DNA of 64,000 nucleotides from a virus (Duplodnaviria; Heunggongvirae; Uroviricota; Caudoviricetes): IMG/VR virus record IMGVR_UViG_2778261689_000001, positions 1 to 64,000 of that record; one strand, 5' to 3'. Shown piece by piece: positions 60,798 to 64,000 of this stretch (position 1 is its first letter; each line of letters starts with the position of its first letter). The notes under the pieces were generated by a model. It saw only the letters and a program-made list of their open reading frames with translations, ran no database searches and was not told where the DNA came from. The position numbers and the translations under genes were made by a program.

Positions 60798-61841
60798 TTA
60801 ACCTATTGCTACTGGTTTTAACAAACCAGCATCAAGTAGCTTGCGAGTTAACCACTGCTGGCCTTTACCCGTTAATTGGGGCGTCAGCCGTATCTGGTAG
60901 CCATTTTCATCATCCAGCACCACTTCTTTCACCGTGAAATACCCGGCGTTGATGTACTGTTGGCGCGGTACGTTTTTGCGCGCTCCAAAAGCCATGAGAA
61001 TGCCATTCTGGCGCAACCATGAGAAAAGGGCGTTTTGCTTAAGTCCAACGACCTTTGCAAAGTTCCCGATCAGGATTCCATTAGCCACTGATACCCGGTC
61101 GGCAAAATCGACTTTAGGAGCGGCGGCCACCAGCTGTTGTTCCAGCTGCATTTTCTGTTCTGCCAACTCGGCAGCCAGGCGTAGAGCTTCTGGTAATGTT
61201 TGGGGGATCGATGGGGCAGGGGAGTTTGCCTGCTGCAATTCTTCCAGTTTGTCGATCAGCGAACGGCGGACGGCTTTTGATTCGCGTGCGGCGACTCGCA
61301 GGGCTTGTTTGTAGGTCATGGTTATGACAACCATAGGCGTACCGCCACCTGGCGGCACGGTTGCACTTTTTGTGTAACCGTCCTCACCTTCTAATTCGTC
61401 GAGTATTTTTTCGATGAATTTGTTGTTCCGAACCTCTGGTTCCCCACATAACTTACGAGCTTCATTGACCATCTTTAACAGTGTCTGGCTGTCGATTGTG
61501 TCTCCAGTGTTGGAGATAACATTCACAGCTGGTGATGGCGTAGCTGAAGCAACAGGTGCTGGTTTTTCAACATTCAAATTATTACCGGTCATTCTGCGCG
61601 CCTCCTTTCTCATTTCTGCTGCCACTGTTGCGTAACGTAGACGTCCTTGTTCAATCAAATAATCCCTGATCTCGGCTATCAGTAGCTTGTTGATCACAGC
61701 CTTATCTGTTCGGGTATAAAAACGTCTGGTTATCATGAAATAGTTGGCAATTGCGCCGGGGATCTCCCGTGTCGGCATACAGGTTGTATGCAGGGCGATC
61801 GCTTCGGCTATTTCATTACGGGTGACGAGAGGTTTTTTCAT
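60798..61841 (-). CDS. ant: Antirepressor (Ant-like, 347 aa) of the canonical immunity operon
   Basis: Shares N- and C-terminal domains with ORF 9515-10633; lies between the icd-like gene and the kilA operator. Confidence 0.7.
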   Translation of the reverse strand: MKKPLVTRNEIAEAIALHTTCMPTREIPGAIANYFMITRRFYTRTDKAVINKLLIAEIRDYLIEQGRLRYATVAAEMRKEARRMTGNNLNVEKPAPVASATPSPAVNVISNTGDTIDSQTLLKMVNEARKLCGEPEVRNNKFIEKILDELEGEDGYTKSATVPPGGGTPMVVITMTYKQALRVAARESKAVRRSLIDKLEELQQANSPAPSIPQTLPEALRLAAELAEQKMQLEQQLVAAAPKVDFADRVSVANGILIGNFAKVVGLKQNALFSWLRQNGILMAFGARKNVPRQQYINAGYFTVKEVVLDDENGYQIRLTPQLTGKGQQWLTRKLLDAGLLKPVAIG

Positions 61842-62059
61842 AAATCCCCCTGAACGTCGGCAGAGAAGGGGAGGTTCCAGTAACTAAGTGAATTGCGCGA
61901 GTTAGTTGAAAAACGGGCAGTAAAAATGCAGGGGCCATCAGGCAATTGAGAGCGTGCTTCGTCTTCTGTTGCTGCGATGACGAAGTGATAGTGGTGTTTT
62001 TTACAGGAATAGAAACGCCAGATGAATTCTTGGCGTGCGCAAGGATTGGCATTAACCAT
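61838..62059 (-). CDS. icd: Icd-like small protein (73 aa)
   Basis: MVNANPCARQEFIWRFYSCKKHHYHFVIAATEDEARSQLPD...; stop overlaps ant start. Confidence 0.6.
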   Translation of the reverse strand: MVNANPCARQEFIWRFYSCKKHHYHFVIAATEDEARSQLPDGPCIFTARFSTNSRNSLSYWNLPFSADVQGDL

Positions 62060-62124
62060 AGTTACGGCCTCACAATCAGGTTTAACAACCTGCTACCCGC
62101 TGCTAAACAGGTGGCAGGACGTGA

Positions 62125-62205
62125 CGGGGTTAGCAGACTGGCGATTGTGAAACCAGCAGGCCGAAGCCTCCCCATCACGCCCCACCATAATTTGGGCGTA
62201 ACACG
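62125..62205 (-). ncRNA. c4: Candidate c4-like antisense RNA core (canonical position upstream of icd/ant)
   Basis: Conserved blocks shared with 10925-11005; lies between the operator and icd; boundaries not determined. Confidence 0.3.
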
Positions 62206-62373
62206 GTTTTACGGACACAAAAATACCGCAATATCGGATATCTGCGGCTGTCCGCACAATCATTCAGGCTGCTAAACCCGGTCGCAGAATTTGCTACGAC
62301 GGCGGAACTATAAGCCTGAACGATTAAAAGGTCAATATGATGCGAAAAGATAGCATTCGTGACTTAAAAATAC

Positions 62374-62390
62374 AAATTTATTAGAGCAGG
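62374..62390 (-). promoter_or_regulatory. C1 operator upstream of the c4/icd/ant operon
   Basis: AAATTTATTAGAGCAGG, 15/17 to consensus. Confidence 0.6.
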
Positions 62391-62680
62391 TGAGTGTAGT
62401 GCAATAGATATATTATTTGTGATGAAAAATAATGCAGAGGGATATTGTAACTTTAAGATGGATATCAATAGTCGATACATAAATTAAGTTAGCAATAAAC
62501 TATTAACTTAAGAAATAATGCAGATGGTGAACTTGTCTCTGACTTTTCAGCTATACACAATAAGTTAGGGATAGCTTATAAAAAGTTGATTAATTGATAT
62601 AAGTCAATGGGAGTATTCTTGTTTACTTTCCGTTCTCGTGGTAACTTCTCGCCGGTTTTTGTTTTTCTGGGATTATTCTT

Positions 62681-63193
62681 ATGTCTAAAAAGTATACTTT
62701 ATGCGCTCTTGTTGTATCTGCAATTCTTCTTTCTGGGTGTCAATCTAGCGGTGCTGATTATGCTGCCGATGTTTATGATACCGCTCAATTGAATTCGAAG
62801 CAGGAAACAAAGACAGTCAATATTATCTCTGTGCTTCCAGCTAAAGTGAAAGTTGATAATAAAGCTAATAAAGAAGCGGCACAGACATTTGGTGCGGTAC
62901 TGGGAGCTGTTGCTGGGGGCGTTGCCGGTTATAATGTTAAAGGCACATCGACACTGGGTGCTGTAGCTGGCGGTACTGGTGGTGCGGCTCTTGGTGCAGC
63001 GGCTGGTTCTTTGGTTAGTGATAAAACAATTGTTGAAGGTGTTTCACTGACTTATAAAGAAGGAACTAAGGTGTTCACTTCAACTCAAGTTGGTAAAGCA
63101 TGCCAGTTTACAACGGGGCTTGCTGTGCTTATTTCAACTAAAGATAATGAAACTCGAATTCAGCCAAATGCTACTTGTCCAGAAAAGAAATAA
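62681..63193 (+). CDS. Lipoprotein with Gly-zipper segment (170 aa)
   Basis: Lipobox LLSGC; GAVLGAVAGGVAGY...GAVAGGTGGAALGAAAGS glycine-zipper-like stretch. Confidence 0.5.
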   Translation: MSKKYTLCALVVSAILLSGCQSSGADYAADVYDTAQLNSKQETKTVNIISVLPAKVKVDNKANKEAAQTFGAVLGAVAGGVAGYNVKGTSTLGAVAGGTGGAALGAAAGSLVSDKTIVEGVSLTYKEGTKVFTSTQVGKACQFTTGLAVLISTKDNETRIQPNATCPEKK

Positions 63194-63196
63194 TTT

Positions 63197-63736
63197 ATGA
63201 ATAAAATTATTTTATTTCTAATCTTTTCTACGTTTAGTGTAGGCACTGCCTTGGCTAACTCGTTGCAAAGTCAAATTGCTGCTATTGCTCAAGCGGAAAA
63301 TGAAGGGCGAGCTAAAGAGCAGCAAGCTGAGGATGCCAGAAAAGAACTTATTCGCCAACAAGCACAAGCTGAACGTATTAGAAGAGAAAAAGCAGCATCT
63401 GCCGCTGCTGCACGCGAAAAACAGCGTGTTGCTGCAGAAAATGAACGTAGAGCGAAACGAGAAGCCGAGCTAGCAAATGACAAGAAGCGAGATCAAGCTT
63501 ATGAGGATGAGCTTCGCAAGCTGCAACTCGAAAGCATGAAACTCGAACTGCAAGCAAAAGCGGCTCGTGTCCAGCGAGAAAACGATTTTATAGAGCAGGA
63601 GTTGAAGGAGAGAGCAGCTAAGACAGATGTAATTCAGTCTGAGGCTGATGCAAATAGAAATATTTCTACAGGAAGTAAAGATTTACTGCAAAGCGAAGGA
63701 AAAGCTAGAGAGAAGAAAGCTAGCAGTTGGTGGTAG
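63197..63736 (+). CDS. Secreted coiled-coil protein (179 aa)
   Basis: Signal peptide followed by a charged heptad-rich region. Confidence 0.45.
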   Translation: MNKIILFLIFSTFSVGTALANSLQSQIAAIAQAENEGRAKEQQAEDARKELIRQQAQAERIRREKAASAAAAREKQRVAAENERRAKREAELANDKKRDQAYEDELRKLQLESMKLELQAKAARVQRENDFIEQELKERAAKTDVIQSEADANRNISTGSKDLLQSEGKAREKKASSWW

Positions 63737-63792
63737 TAATCACTACGATTGCGAGCATACTGTCACAAATGACAACTCGTAGAATCTGTTAA

Positions 63793-64000
<208 letters not shown>

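Overview
This window reads as a segment of a P1-like phage-plasmid (a prophage maintained as a low-copy plasmid), with several accessory insertions in the P1 backbone. All identifications are from reading the sequence and from recalled family knowledge; no searches were run.

Backbone, left to right:
- Partial IS1 at the window start (1-396).
- Cre recombinase with loxP (7896-7929), then coi and the c1 repressor.
- pacA/pacB terminase with the TGATCA-hexamer pac site inside pacA, and lpa.
- phd/doc addiction module.
- ban helicase operon with three tRNA genes and a TerB-like gene, then the Dmt methyltransferase and an RdgC homologue.
- oriR, repA, incA iterons, parA, parB and a candidate parS.
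- Head and tail genes, then repL, kilA and a c4/icd/ant-type immunity operon.
- At least 15 C1-operator-like sites (ATTGCTCTAATAAATTT family) sit in front of these operons.

Accessory content that looks most worth follow-up:
1. A ~10.9 kb AT-rich island between the humD-like gene and phd: divergent PapI-like and PapB-like regulators, a 2635-aa autotransporter, a Skp/OmpH-like chaperone and a LuxR-family regulator.
2. A second c4/icd/ant-like cassette between pacB and c1, with a c4-like core that differs from the canonical one.
3. A Tn3-family transposon remnant carrying an ArsR-family regulator and a Cys-rich permease, sitting where P1 normally has res/mod.
4. A hok/mok-type type I toxin locus that the ORF track missed.
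5. A cluster of glycosyltransferase-like and DUF115-like genes with a lambda-type phosphatase.
6. A family of long hairpin repeats interleaved with the tRNA genes.
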